60,048 nt of DNA, taken from Lachnospiraceae bacterium. Lineage in GTDB: Bacteria; Bacillota; Clostridia; Lachnospirales; Lachnospiraceae. Each line of letters starts with the position of its first letter. Position 1 is the stretch's first letter. Positions 8,186 through 17,796 of this stretch are shown here, piece after piece. Location of the stretch: positions 1 through 60,048 of the forward strand of contig JALETI010000022.1 of NCBI GenBank assembly GCA_022781515.1. Reading direction: 5' to 3'. Position numbers and translations under genes: made by a program. A model generated the notes under the pieces. The model saw only the letters and a list, made by a program, of their open reading frames with translations. It made no database searches and had not been told where the DNA came from.

Positions 8186-9466
8186 ATGAAGTGTATCAAG
8201 GAAGCAGCTGCAAAGAATTATGGAAAAGATGCAGCAACAACAAAAATTGTAGCAGATATCATTGAGAATGTGATTCAGAATGGTGATGCGGAAATTTATA
8301 CATTAAGCAAAAAATTTGATGGTCTGGATCTGGAATATATCCAAGTTCCGGAAACAAGTGTAAAAGCTGCATATGATCTGGTCGCACCCGAAGTGGTGGA
8401 GGCCATGAAGGCTGCAGCAGCACAGATTCGATTTTATGCGGAAAAACAGTTGGAAACCATGAAAAATCTGGACACAGACACTCCGATTCCGGGTGTTCGA
8501 TTAAGTCACCGACTTGTGCCTGTTGACTCCGTGGGCTGTTATGTCCCCGGCGGCCGTTATCCTCTGCCCAGTACGGCTCTGATGCTGGCGATTCCGGCGA
8601 GAGTGGCAGGTGTAAAGCGGATTGCAGCATGCAGTCCTGCATCAAAGGTAACAGGAACCATTCACCCTGCAGTTCTGGTGGCAATGGATCTGGCAGGTGT
8701 GGATGAAATCTACTGCGTGGGCGGTGCACAGGCCATTGCAGCATTTACCTATGGTACAGAGACCATCAAAAAAGTTGATATGATCTGCGGACCCGGAAAC
8801 CGTTTTGTTACAGAAGCAAAACGCCAGGTTCTGGGTGAGGTCGGAATTGACAGTCTGGCAGGTCCCAGTGAAGTTCTGATCCTAGCAGACGAAAGTGCCA
8901 ATCCGGATTTTACAGCCATTGATATTCTGGCACAGAGCGAGCATGACCCCAATGCTAGAGCAACATTGGTTACAACCAGCATGGAACTGGCTGAAAAAAC
9001 CCTGGAACGGGTGAATGAGATTGCTGCAGAGCTTCCCACAGGCGATCTGGCATTGAAATCATGGGAAGACAACGGGATGTTATTTATTGCCGATGATATG
9101 AAAGAAGCCATTGCGCTGGCCAATGAAATGGCACCGGAGCATCTGGAAGTACAGGTAAAACCTGAAATCGAGGAAGAAGTCAGCAATTCACTTCTTCACT
9201 TTGGATCCTTATTTGTGGGACATTATACGCCTGTAACCTTCGGCGATTACTGTTCCGGCACCAATCACACCCTTCCCACCATGCGTACAGCCAGATATTC
9301 CAATGGGGTCTGGGTAGGTTCCTTTATAAAAACATCATTTGTTCAGCATATTACGGAAGAAGGATGCCGCAATATGGCCAATACAGCAATCTGTCTTGCA
9401 GATACAGAAGGACTGATGGCACATAAAAAATCCATTACCATTCGTGTGGATGCAATGGAAAAATAA
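8186..9466 (+). CDS. hisD: histidinol dehydrogenase (stand-alone, divergent)
   Basis: GCYVPGGRY, GGAQAIAA, GPGNRFV, IDSLAGPSE, QSEHD, APEHLE, GDYCSGTNHTLPT. Confidence 0.85.
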   Translation: MKCIKEAAAKNYGKDAATTKIVADIIENVIQNGDAEIYTLSKKFDGLDLEYIQVPETSVKAAYDLVAPEVVEAMKAAAAQIRFYAEKQLETMKNLDTDTPIPGVRLSHRLVPVDSVGCYVPGGRYPLPSTALMLAIPARVAGVKRIAACSPASKVTGTIHPAVLVAMDLAGVDEIYCVGGAQAIAAFTYGTETIKKVDMICGPGNRFVTEAKRQVLGEVGIDSLAGPSEVLILADESANPDFTAIDILAQSEHDPNARATLVTTSMELAEKTLERVNEIAAELPTGDLALKSWEDNGMLFIADDMKEAIALANEMAPEHLEVQVKPEIEEEVSNSLLHFGSLFVGHYTPVTFGDYCSGTNHTLPTMRTARYSNGVWVGSFIKTSFVQHITEEGCRNMANTAICLADTEGLMAHKKSITIRVDAMEK

Positions 9467-9580
9467 TTTTACTTTGGAAATTCGAATTGTGAACCATAAC
9501 TTGCCAGTGTATTCTTTTTTTGAAAAGCCATAATAACAGTGTAGCGATCAACTACAGACCAATTTAAGGAGGAAAAGAGT

Positions 9581-9799
9581 ATGAACAGCAGTAATTCCAA
9601 TCGTATCGAAGTTCCCGAAGCAAAGGAAGCCATGAACCGATTCAAAATGGAAGTTGCAGATGAGCTGGGTGTTCCCTTATCGAAAGATGGATACAACGGA
9701 AACCTGACTTCTTATCAGAACGGTTCCGTTGGCGGTCATATGGTTCGTAAAATGATTGAAGCACAGGAAAAGGAAATGGCTGAACGCGGTGAAAGATAG
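9581..9799 (+). CDS. alpha/beta-type small acid-soluble spore protein
   Basis: VPEAKEAMNRFKMEVADELGV...GNLTSYQNGSVGGHMVRKMI; AAGGAGG RBS; CATAATA at 9529-9535 resembles a forespore-sigma -10. Confidence 0.95.
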   Translation: MNSSNSNRIEVPEAKEAMNRFKMEVADELGVPLSKDGYNGNLTSYQNGSVGGHMVRKMIEAQEKEMAERGER

Positions 9800-9839
9800 G
9801 GTTCTGATCCGGTGAATGGATTCAGCTGAAATGAAAAAT

Positions 9840-9874
9840 CGGGGTTATCGCAGGAAGCGATGACCCCGTTTTTT
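9840..9874 (+). terminator. intrinsic terminator after the SASP gene
   Basis: CGGGGTTATCGC/GCGATGACCCCG stem plus T6. Confidence 0.8.
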
Positions 9875-9962
9875 ATGGTGTGCAGAATGAGCAGAGATGT
9901 GTATGGATATTCGCTGTCTTCCCACCAATATGCATCTCGTGCTTCTGCCTGGTCTGCAGCCT

Positions 9963-10850
9963 TTATTTTACAGGAAAGAATGACATCCGGTAGGAAGCGT
10001 GGAAGGATTCTCCCGGCTGTAATGTGGTGCCGTATTCTCTCTGATCTACAGTTCCTTCAAAGGTTTCACGGTCAGAACGTCCGTACCAGGGTTCCAGACA
10101 GACAAAAGGAGCGTGTTTTCCGACCGGTGACCAGATTCCGAAAAGAGGAGCCTGGAAGTCTACCGTTACATAAGGGGTGCCGTCCGGCAGACAAAGGGAC
10201 ATTTTGCTGATGTCGGTATGTTCCACAATCAGAGCATCTTTATCAAAGATATGCTCTGTAAGAGACAGTTTTCCATCGGTCAGGGGATATACAGCGGAAA
10301 CATCGGTCAGGGTTCCTTCGCTGCTCAGTACGCCGCAGGTAAGTTCGGGTGCATCGGTATGCAGATCAAGGGTATAGTCTGTCTGGACACCAATTCCGTT
10401 TATGGGGCAGTTGAAAGCAGGATGAGCTCCGATGGAAAAATGCAGGTCTGCTGTTCCGGGGTTCGAAACGTCCCAGTCAACGGTAATCTGATTCTCTTCC
10501 AGGGTATAGGTGATTTCCAGAATAAAGTCCATGGGATACAGTTTTCTCGTTTCTTCATTGGAACGAAGGGTGAAGGTAAGGGAATGTTCCGTCTGTGCGG
10601 TAAATTCAAATTCGGTGTCTCTGGCAAAGCCGTGCTGTCCCATGGGCCAGGTCTGATCTGCATATTTGTACGCTTTGTGGGTGTAATTGCCTACAACGGG
10701 AAACAGAACAGGGGAAAAGCGTTTCCAGTAGGCGGGATCTGCATGCCACAGATATTCGGTGCCGCCTGCACCGGTTACTTTGCACAACTCTGCACCATGG
10801 CTGTTGACAGCAATGGTCAGTTTATCATTGGATAACTGATAGGTTGACAT
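9963..10850 (-). CDS. aldose 1-epimerase family protein (LacX-like)
   Basis: EYLWHADPAYW, SPVLFPVVG, QHGFARD, SIGAHPAF, PFVCLEPW; AAGGAGG RBS. Confidence 0.9.
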   Translation of the reverse strand: MSTYQLSNDKLTIAVNSHGAELCKVTGAGGTEYLWHADPAYWKRFSPVLFPVVGNYTHKAYKYADQTWPMGQHGFARDTEFEFTAQTEHSLTFTLRSNEETRKLYPMDFILEITYTLEENQITVDWDVSNPGTADLHFSIGAHPAFNCPINGIGVQTDYTLDLHTDAPELTCGVLSSEGTLTDVSAVYPLTDGKLSLTEHIFDKDALIVEHTDISKMSLCLPDGTPYVTVDFQAPLFGIWSPVGKHAPFVCLEPWYGRSDRETFEGTVDQREYGTTLQPGESFHASYRMSFFPVK

Positions 10851-11098
10851 AGAAAACCTCCTTGATTTATATTTATTTTTTTTGAAAGCAAAAGAATGTT
10901 ACCCCATGATTCAAATGAATTGCTTCGGGGGTTTCGAAATACTGGTATCATTATACTGAAAAGCGGTCTTTTGGACAAGGAGAAAAAATTAAATGAATTT
11001 ACATTGACAAAAGGGGAATTGGCGTCTAATATTTTTGATAATGTCGTCTGAACAGAGGATTGTATGATATCAGACGGAAAAGAAAGGACGATGATCGG

Positions 11099-11752
11099 AT
11101 GTTTTACTTATACCTGATACCGGGAATATTATTTGCCATAACATTGCATGAGTTTGCCCATGGGTTTGTATCCTGGAAGCTGGGGGATCCCACTGCCAGA
11201 AATGCCGGAAGACTGACCTTGAATCCCTTATCCCATCTGGATCCGCTGGGAGCAATCTGCATGCTGCTGTTTCACATGGGATGGGCCAAACCGGTGCCGA
11301 TCAATCCCTGGTATTATAAAAATAAAAAACTGGGGATTATTCTGACCAGTCTGGCCGGTCCTCTGATGAATATACTGACCGGTGGGATCAGCATATTCGT
11401 GATGGTATGGATGGAAATGGCAGTAAGAGGGGGTATGCTGGCAGCAGGAAATACAGTGGATACCATTTATACGGTATTATACTATTTTTCTGTGCTCAGT
11501 ATCAATCTGGCTGTATTTAATCTGATTCCCATTCCGCCACTGGATGGATCAAAGATTCTGATTACCTTTCTTCCGCCGAAAGCACAGGAGTGGTTTTTCC
11601 AATTTGAACGTTTCTTTATGATTGCATTGATGGCATGTCTGTATGTGGGCGTTCTGGATACACCGATCAATGCCTTCTATACATTGATTGAAGAAGGAAT
11701 CTGGCGTCTGGCAATTATGGCATTTTCCGGAATGTCAGCCGGTTTCATTTGA
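11099..11752 (+). CDS. site-2 protease (peptidase M50) family protein
   Basis: HEFAH, GDPTA-x3-GRLTLNP, GWAKPVP, AGP, FNLIPIPPLDG. ATG at 11099 follows AAAGGA (ORF track starts at 11060). Confidence 0.9.
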   Translation: MFYLYLIPGILFAITLHEFAHGFVSWKLGDPTARNAGRLTLNPLSHLDPLGAICMLLFHMGWAKPVPINPWYYKNKKLGIILTSLAGPLMNILTGGISIFVMVWMEMAVRGGMLAAGNTVDTIYTVLYYFSVLSINLAVFNLIPIPPLDGSKILITFLPPKAQEWFFQFERFFMIALMACLYVGVLDTPINAFYTLIEEGIWRLAIMAFSGMSAGFI

Positions 11753-11820
11753 ACAGCAAACATATATTCGAAAAAGTGATTGCCAAAAAAAATAAAATAT
11801 GTTAGTATTGTCCGCAGGTA

Positions 11821-12174
11821 TTATACGAGATGACAGTTTTCAGCGCTTTCCATACCGGGCAGCTCCCAGAGAGCATCCATCAGCGTGGACAGCGTGGAGT
11901 ATCTGCCTTCCAGCTCTTCACACAGATAGAGGGATGCGTAGTGAAAGTAACTGATCTGATATCGTTCTCCTGTGGTACAGAGAAGTTCGATGACGGGTTC
12001 GTCGTCTTCCAGTTCCATGGCCTGATGAATCAGCTGTTCCAGCTTTTTCATCAGTTCATGTTTTTTTATGCTGTTTTTTCTGACCCATACTGGAATTCCA
12101 TCTTCTATGATGGTAATCCATTCCATGGTGCGGCCGTTTTTTTGAGTAGTTAAGGTGAAATTGTCTTTTGACAT
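11821..12174 (-). CDS. hypothetical protein (117 aa)
   Basis: GAAAGGA RBS before the ATG at 12174; protein-like composition; TATACT -10 candidate upstream at 12238-12243 (minus strand). Confidence 0.6.
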   Translation of the reverse strand: MSKDNFTLTTQKNGRTMEWITIIEDGIPVWVRKNSIKKHELMKKLEQLIHQAMELEDDEPVIELLCTTGERYQISYFHYASLYLCEELEGRYSTLSTLMDALWELPGMESAENCHLV

Positions 12175-12331
12175 GCGGGTTCCTTTCGGATGCAGCCGAT
12201 CCGGCCACACCTGTTTTATTCTTTAAAAGTATACATCAGTATAAAACATATTTTTCGTTTTGCAAAGTCAAAAGTAGTTCTGCAGACAGAAAGCTGTCTG
12301 AAAAAGATTGTTCAGGAAGGAGTTTTTCATT

Positions 12332-14245
12332 ATGAATCAGTATAATGCAGATTCGATAACGGTTCTGGAGGGCCTGGAAGCAGTTCGCAAAAGGCCCGGT
12401 ATGTATATTGGCAGTACCGGAAGCCGAGGCCTGAATCATCTGGTTTATGAAATAGTAGATAACGCAGTGGATGAGCATCTTGCAGGTTTCTGCGATCGAA
12501 TCGAAGTAACTATGGAGAAGGATGGATCCGTTTCCGTAAAAGACAACGGAAGAGGAATTCCTGTGGACATGCATCAGAAAGGGGTTTCGGCAGAACGGGT
12601 GATTTTTACTACTCTCCATGCCGGCGGCAAATTTGATAATACCACATATAAGGTATCCGGCGGTCTCCACGGTGTCGGTTCTTCGGTTGTTAATGCTCTT
12701 TCTGAATGGATGGAGGTTACAGTCTATAAGGATGGGTGTATTTATGAAGATCGTTATTCGTTTGGACATCCGGATATGGAACTGATAGACGGACTTCTTC
12801 CCTCCGCAGGCAAAACCAGAGAAACCGGTACGAAAATCCGTTTTTATCCGGATAAACAGATTTTTGAACATCTTCGTTTTAAAGAAGAGCAGATCAAAAA
12901 CCGACTTCATGAAACGGTGTATCTGAATCCGGGCCTGACCATTGTATTTACGGATTTAAGGGAAGGAAAAAATCCGGAACCGATCACTTATCACGAACCG
13001 GAAGGACTGATTCAGTATATTCGGGAACTGAATCGCGGAAAGGAACTGAAAACGGATATTATCTCTTTTTCCGGAGAGGAAGACGGCATCATGGTGGAGT
13101 GTGCCTTTCAGTTTACTTCTGATTTTGAAGAAAATATTTTCGGATACTGCAATTGCATCAATACCTCGGAGGGCGGCACCCATATCACCGGTTTTAAAGG
13201 TAAGTTCACCAGTATCATCAACAGCTACGCCAGAGAACTGGGGATTTTAAAGGAAAAGGACACCAATTTTACCGGACCGGATACCAGAAGCGGTATGACA
13301 GCTGTACTGGCCATCCGCCATCCGGATCCTCTTTTTGAAGGACAGACCAAAACGAAACTGGGAAATTCCGATGCTTTGAAAGTGGTCACCGCCATTGCAG
13401 GAGAGAAGCTGGAACTCTTTTTTGATAAGAATCTGGATACATTAAAGGCCGTTATTGCCAGAGCAGAAACCTCTGCCAGAATCCGTCGGTCTGAGTTAAA
13501 GGCAAGGAGTACCGTTCTCGGTAAAAGCAAATATTCCTTTGATTCCAATGGAAAACTGGCCAATTGCGAAGGCCGGGATCCTTCTAAAAATGAAATCTTT
13601 ATTGTCGAAGGGGATTCTGCAGGCGGTTCGGCAAAAACGGCAAGAAATCGGAAGTTTCAGGCTATTCTCCCCATTCGAGGCAAAATTCTGAATGTGGAAA
13701 AAGCCACCATGGATAAGGTACTTGCCAATGCAGAAATCAAATCCATGATCATGGCTTTCGGGTGCGGTTTTTCAGAAGGATACGGCATGGATTTCAACAT
13801 CGAAAAATTGAAATATGACAAGATCGTGATTATGACGGATGCAGATGTGGATGGAGCTCACATTGCTACCCTGCTTCTGACCTTTTTCTATCGGTTCATG
13901 CCGGAACTGATTCTGCAGGGGCATGTTTATCTGGCAACGCCTCCTCTTTATAAGGCGATTCCGAAAAAAGGACCGGAAGAGTACCTGTATGATGATCTGG
14001 CACTGGAAAAATATCGAAAAACCCATAAAAATTTCACTTTGCAGCGGTACAAGGGTCTGGGTGAAATGGACGCTACCCAGCTGTGGGAGACTACACTGAA
14101 TCCGGAAACCCGTGTGCTGAAGCAGGTACAGATTGATGATGCCAGAGGAGCCAATGAAGTGACCCGGATGCTGATGGGAACGGAAGTGGGCCCCAGAAGA
14201 GATTTTATCATTGCTCATGCAGATGAAGCTGAGCTTGACGTATAG
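12332..14245 (+). CDS. parE: type II topoisomerase subunit B (ParE/GyrB paralog)
   Basis: LEGLEAVRKRPGMYIG, EIVDNAVDE, LHAGGKF, EGDSAGGS, PIRGK, DADVDGAHI, RYKGLGEM. Not in a dnaA-recF context. Confidence 0.85.
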   Translation: MNQYNADSITVLEGLEAVRKRPGMYIGSTGSRGLNHLVYEIVDNAVDEHLAGFCDRIEVTMEKDGSVSVKDNGRGIPVDMHQKGVSAERVIFTTLHAGGKFDNTTYKVSGGLHGVGSSVVNALSEWMEVTVYKDGCIYEDRYSFGHPDMELIDGLLPSAGKTRETGTKIRFYPDKQIFEHLRFKEEQIKNRLHETVYLNPGLTIVFTDLREGKNPEPITYHEPEGLIQYIRELNRGKELKTDIISFSGEEDGIMVECAFQFTSDFEENIFGYCNCINTSEGGTHITGFKGKFTSIINSYARELGILKEKDTNFTGPDTRSGMTAVLAIRHPDPLFEGQTKTKLGNSDALKVVTAIAGEKLELFFDKNLDTLKAVIARAETSARIRRSELKARSTVLGKSKYSFDSNGKLANCEGRDPSKNEIFIVEGDSAGGSAKTARNRKFQAILPIRGKILNVEKATMDKVLANAEIKSMIMAFGCGFSEGYGMDFNIEKLKYDKIVIMTDADVDGAHIATLLLTFFYRFMPELILQGHVYLATPPLYKAIPKKGPEEYLYDDLALEKYRKTHKNFTLQRYKGLGEMDATQLWETTLNPETRVLKQVQIDDARGANEVTRMLMGTEVGPRRDFIIAHADEAELDV

Positions 14246-14259
14246 AGGAGGACTGTGAC

Positions 14260-16506
14260 ATGGATACAATGGATACCAGAGTAGTACAAACAGAATTTTC
14301 AGAGTGTATGCGTCAATCCTATCTGAATTATTCCATGAGCGTCATTACATCCAGAGCGCTTCCGGATATTCGCGATGGACTGAAGCCGGTTCAGAGACGT
14401 ACTCTATATGCCATGTATGAACTGGGACTCAGTCATGATAAGCCCCATCGTAAATGCGCCCGTATTGTGGGTGATACCATGGGTAAATATCATCCACACG
14501 GCGATTCCTCCATTTATGAAGCACTGGTTGTTATGTCTCAGGATTTTAAAAAAAATGAGCCGCTGGCAGAACCCCATGGGAATTTCGGCTCCATTGAAGG
14601 AGATGGGGCAGCAGCCATGCGATATACGGAAGCAAGACTAAAAAAACTGACAGAAACGGTTTATCTGGCAGATCTGGAAAAAAATGTGGTGGATTTTGTT
14701 CCTAATTTTGATGAAACCGAAAAAGAACCGGAGATCCTTCCGGTCCGGATTCCCAATCTGCTGGTAAATGGTGCAGAAGGAATTGCAGTCGGTATGACCA
14801 CGAATATTCCATCCCATAATCTGCGGGAGGTGCTTTCCTGTGTTATGGCTTATATTGACAATCCGGACATCACCACAGAGGAACTTCTGAATATTATGCC
14901 GGGACCGGATTTTTCCACAGGGGGTATTGTTGCCAATCAGGAGGAACTTCTGAATATATATGAAACCGGATCCGGTAAAATCCGGATTCGCGGAAAGGTG
15001 ATTCTGGAAGAAGCCAGAAGAAAAGCAGATAAAGATAAACTGGTGATCACTGAAATTCCCTATACCATGATCGGAGACGGTATCCGCAAGTTTCTTGCAG
15101 ATACCGCTGCACTGGCAGAAAGCAAGAAACTGCCGGAAATCACCGACATTTCCAACGAATCCTCTAAAGAAGGGATTCGTATTGTGCTGGAACTGAAAAA
15201 AGGCTCCGATGTGGAACGGGTTAAAAATATTCTGTATAAAAAGACACGGCTGGAAGATACTTTCGGGGTAAATATGATCGCCATTTCTGGTGGAAGACCG
15301 ACGCTGCTCAACCTGAAATCCATTCTGGAGCATCATCTGGATTTTCAGATTGCAATCAACCGGCGGAAGTATACGTATATGCTGCAGGAAGAACAGAAGA
15401 AAAAAGAAATCCAGGAAGGCCTGATCAAAGCGGTGGATCTGATTGATCTGATTATTGAGATCATCCGGGGAAGCAAAACACAAGCCCAGGCAAAAGCCTG
15501 TCTGATGGGAAATCCTGCAGATGTAACCTTCCGTCACCGTTCATCTGCAGCAGAGGCTGCAAAGCTCTGTTTTACAGAAAGACAGGCCCAGGCAATTCTG
15601 GATCTGCGCCTGTCCCGGCTGATTGGTCTGGAAATCATTGCGCTAAATAAAGCATATAAAGATACCTGCACGAAAATCAAAGGCTACGAAAAAATTCTTG
15701 GAAGCAGAACTGCCATGCTGAAAACGATCCGCAAGGAAATGGAACGGATTGCAGAAGAATTCGGTCATGACAGAAGGACCGTGATCACTTCACTGGAGCA
15801 GGTGCCGGAAGTAAAGGAAGAAGTAAAAGAAGAAGAAGTACTGATTCTTATGGACCGGTTTGGTTACATCAAGGCAGTGGATCCTTCCGCTCTTAACAGA
15901 AACAGCGAGCAGGTGAAAGAGTACCGGCATGCATTTATGAGCAGAAGCTTCAGTAAAATCCAGATTTTTACGGATGCCGGAAAAATGTATCAGATCAAAG
16001 TATCCGATATTCCTCTGCAGAAGATAAAGGATAAAGGGGTACCGGCAGACAATATCAGCCGATATGATTCTTCAGCAGAACAGATTCTCTTTGTATGTGA
16101 CTGTTCGGAAAATCCGGAACAGGACCTGATATTTGCAACAGAGGGAGGACTGATCAAAAAGGTTTCTGCCGGAGAATTCAATACCAGCTCCAGAATGGTG
16201 GCGTCTACCAAACTGGCAGAAAACGACCGCCTTGTTTATGTGGATTATTATAAGAAAAAGCAGATCGTTCTTCATACAGAAAAAGGATGTTTCCTGAGAT
16301 TCCCCGGCGAGAATATTCCTGCCGCAAAGAAAATCACTCTCGGTCAGAAAGGAATTGCTCTGACAGAAGGGGATCATCTGAAAGATGTATGGCAGGTGAC
16401 CCCGGGAGAGGATACGGAGATCATACTGCATGACCGTACCATTGAACTGAAACGGCTGCGTCTTGCAGCAAAAGGCGGAAGAGGAATCAAACTTCGCCTG
16501 TCATAA
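14260..16506 (+). CDS. parC: type II topoisomerase subunit A (ParC-like)
   Basis: DGLKPVQRR, YHPHGDSSIYE, AAMRYTEAR. Short 748-aa protein with no clear QRRGGKG GyrA-box. Confidence 0.85.
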   Translation: MDTMDTRVVQTEFSECMRQSYLNYSMSVITSRALPDIRDGLKPVQRRTLYAMYELGLSHDKPHRKCARIVGDTMGKYHPHGDSSIYEALVVMSQDFKKNEPLAEPHGNFGSIEGDGAAAMRYTEARLKKLTETVYLADLEKNVVDFVPNFDETEKEPEILPVRIPNLLVNGAEGIAVGMTTNIPSHNLREVLSCVMAYIDNPDITTEELLNIMPGPDFSTGGIVANQEELLNIYETGSGKIRIRGKVILEEARRKADKDKLVITEIPYTMIGDGIRKFLADTAALAESKKLPEITDISNESSKEGIRIVLELKKGSDVERVKNILYKKTRLEDTFGVNMIAISGGRPTLLNLKSILEHHLDFQIAINRRKYTYMLQEEQKKKEIQEGLIKAVDLIDLIIEIIRGSKTQAQAKACLMGNPADVTFRHRSSAAEAAKLCFTERQAQAILDLRLSRLIGLEIIALNKAYKDTCTKIKGYEKILGSRTAMLKTIRKEMERIAEEFGHDRRTVITSLEQVPEVKEEVKEEEVLILMDRFGYIKAVDPSALNRNSEQVKEYRHAFMSRSFSKIQIFTDAGKMYQIKVSDIPLQKIKDKGVPADNISRYDSSAEQILFVCDCSENPEQDLIFATEGGLIKKVSAGEFNTSSRMVASTKLAENDRLVYVDYYKKKQIVLHTEKGCFLRFPGENIPAAKKITLGQKGIALTEGDHLKDVWQVTPGEDTEIILHDRTIELKRLRLAAKGGRGIKLRLS

Positions 16507-16546
16507 CATTAAAAATACCACCTCAATTCTTTTTTTAAATTTCATG

Positions 16547-16575
16547 TTGACAAAAAAGCATAGAGGTGGTATTTT
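16547..16575 (+). promoter_or_regulatory. sigmaA promoter of the hrcA-dnaK operon
   Basis: TTGACA (16547-16552), 17 bp spacer, TATTTT with TG extension. Confidence 0.7.
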
Positions 16576-16588
16576 AATTATGCAAATG

Positions 16589-16615
16589 TTAGCACTCTTT
16601 AATACTGAGTGCTAA
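16589..16615 (+). promoter_or_regulatory. CIRCE element (HrcA operator)
   Basis: TTAGCACTC-N9-GAGTGCTAA, exact match. Confidence 0.97.
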
Positions 16616-16658
16616 CAATCACAAAGGAAGATGCTTACAGAAGAAAGGAAGGTGGAGA

Positions 16659-17717
16659 ATGGAACTGGATGAAAGAAAGCTGAAGATTTTAAAGGCAATC
16701 ATTCAGACCTATCAGGATACCGGAGAACCGGTAGGTTCCAGAACGATTTCCAAGTATTCTGATTTGAAACTCAGTTCGGCGACAATCCGAAATGAGATGG
16801 CAGATCTGGAGGAGATGGGATTTATTATTCAACCCCACACTTCAGCAGGCAGAATTCCGACAGATCTTGGATATCGCTATTATGTGAATCAGCTGATTGA
16901 GGAAAAGGATCAGCAGGTATCTGAAATGAAGGATTTCATCATTCAGAAGGTTGACCGGCTGGAACTGCTTCTGAAGCAGATGGCACGGATACTTGCCAAT
17001 AACACGAATTACGCAACGATGATCACCGGACCGAGCTATTCCAATACCAAGCTGAAATTCATACAGCTGTCTGCAATGGATTCCGATAAGCTCCTGGTGG
17101 TAGTGGTGGTGGATGGAAATCTGGTGAAAAATTCCATGGTGAGTCTTCGCAGGAAAATCAGCAATCAGGATATTCTGTCTTTGAATCTTCTGCTGAACAG
17201 CAAACTGAACGGTCTGTCCCTGAATGAAATCAATCTGGGAATCATCCGTGAACTGGAAACACAGGCCGGTGACTATGGCGACATAGTAAAAGAAGTTGTG
17301 GATGCTGTTGCAGATGCATTGAACGCGGATGGAGGCGACATGCAGATTTACACCAGCGGAGCAACGAATTTCTTCCGCTATCCGGAGCTTACAACGAGTC
17401 AGACAGCCAGTGATCTGATTCATACTTTTGAGGAAAAGACGGATCTGGAAAACCTTGTGAAGCAGGCCATTCAGGACAGCCAGAATGCCGGGGAAGGCAG
17501 TGACAGCCTTCGCGTATATATCGGTGAGGAGATGCCTCTTCACACCATGCGGGACTGCAGTGTTGTAACTGCGAATTATGAATTAAAGGACGGGGTAAAA
17601 GGTACCATAGGTATCATAGGACCCAAACGTATGAATTACCAGAAGGTTATGGATACACTTCGTAATCTGACGGCTCAGCTGGATATCATATTCGATGAAC
17701 CGGACCGGAAGGATTGA
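16659..17717 (+). CDS. hrcA: heat-inducible transcription repressor HrcA
   Basis: GEPVGSRTI, SSATIRNEMADLE, PHTSAGRIPTD, GIIGPKRMNY; preceded by CIRCE. Confidence 0.97.
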   Translation: MELDERKLKILKAIIQTYQDTGEPVGSRTISKYSDLKLSSATIRNEMADLEEMGFIIQPHTSAGRIPTDLGYRYYVNQLIEEKDQQVSEMKDFIIQKVDRLELLLKQMARILANNTNYATMITGPSYSNTKLKFIQLSAMDSDKLLVVVVVDGNLVKNSMVSLRRKISNQDILSLNLLLNSKLNGLSLNEINLGIIRELETQAGDYGDIVKEVVDAVADALNADGGDMQIYTSGATNFFRYPELTTSQTASDLIHTFEEKTDLENLVKQAIQDSQNAGEGSDSLRVYIGEEMPLHTMRDCSVVTANYELKDGVKGTIGIIGPKRMNYQKVMDTLRNLTAQLDIIFDEPDRKD

Positions 17718-17796
17718 CAAAGGTTTCATACCGGAAACAGATTTCTGTTTTCGGCTGACATATAATCAGAGATAGATAATAGAAAGGATGATCAAC

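Noticed and set aside
12332-16506. Calling this pair the main gyrase gyrBA, or a quinolone-resistant allele
   Set aside because: Short A subunit without a clear GyrA-box and no oriC context. The QRDR-equivalent HGDSSIYE retains Ser and the acidic residue.
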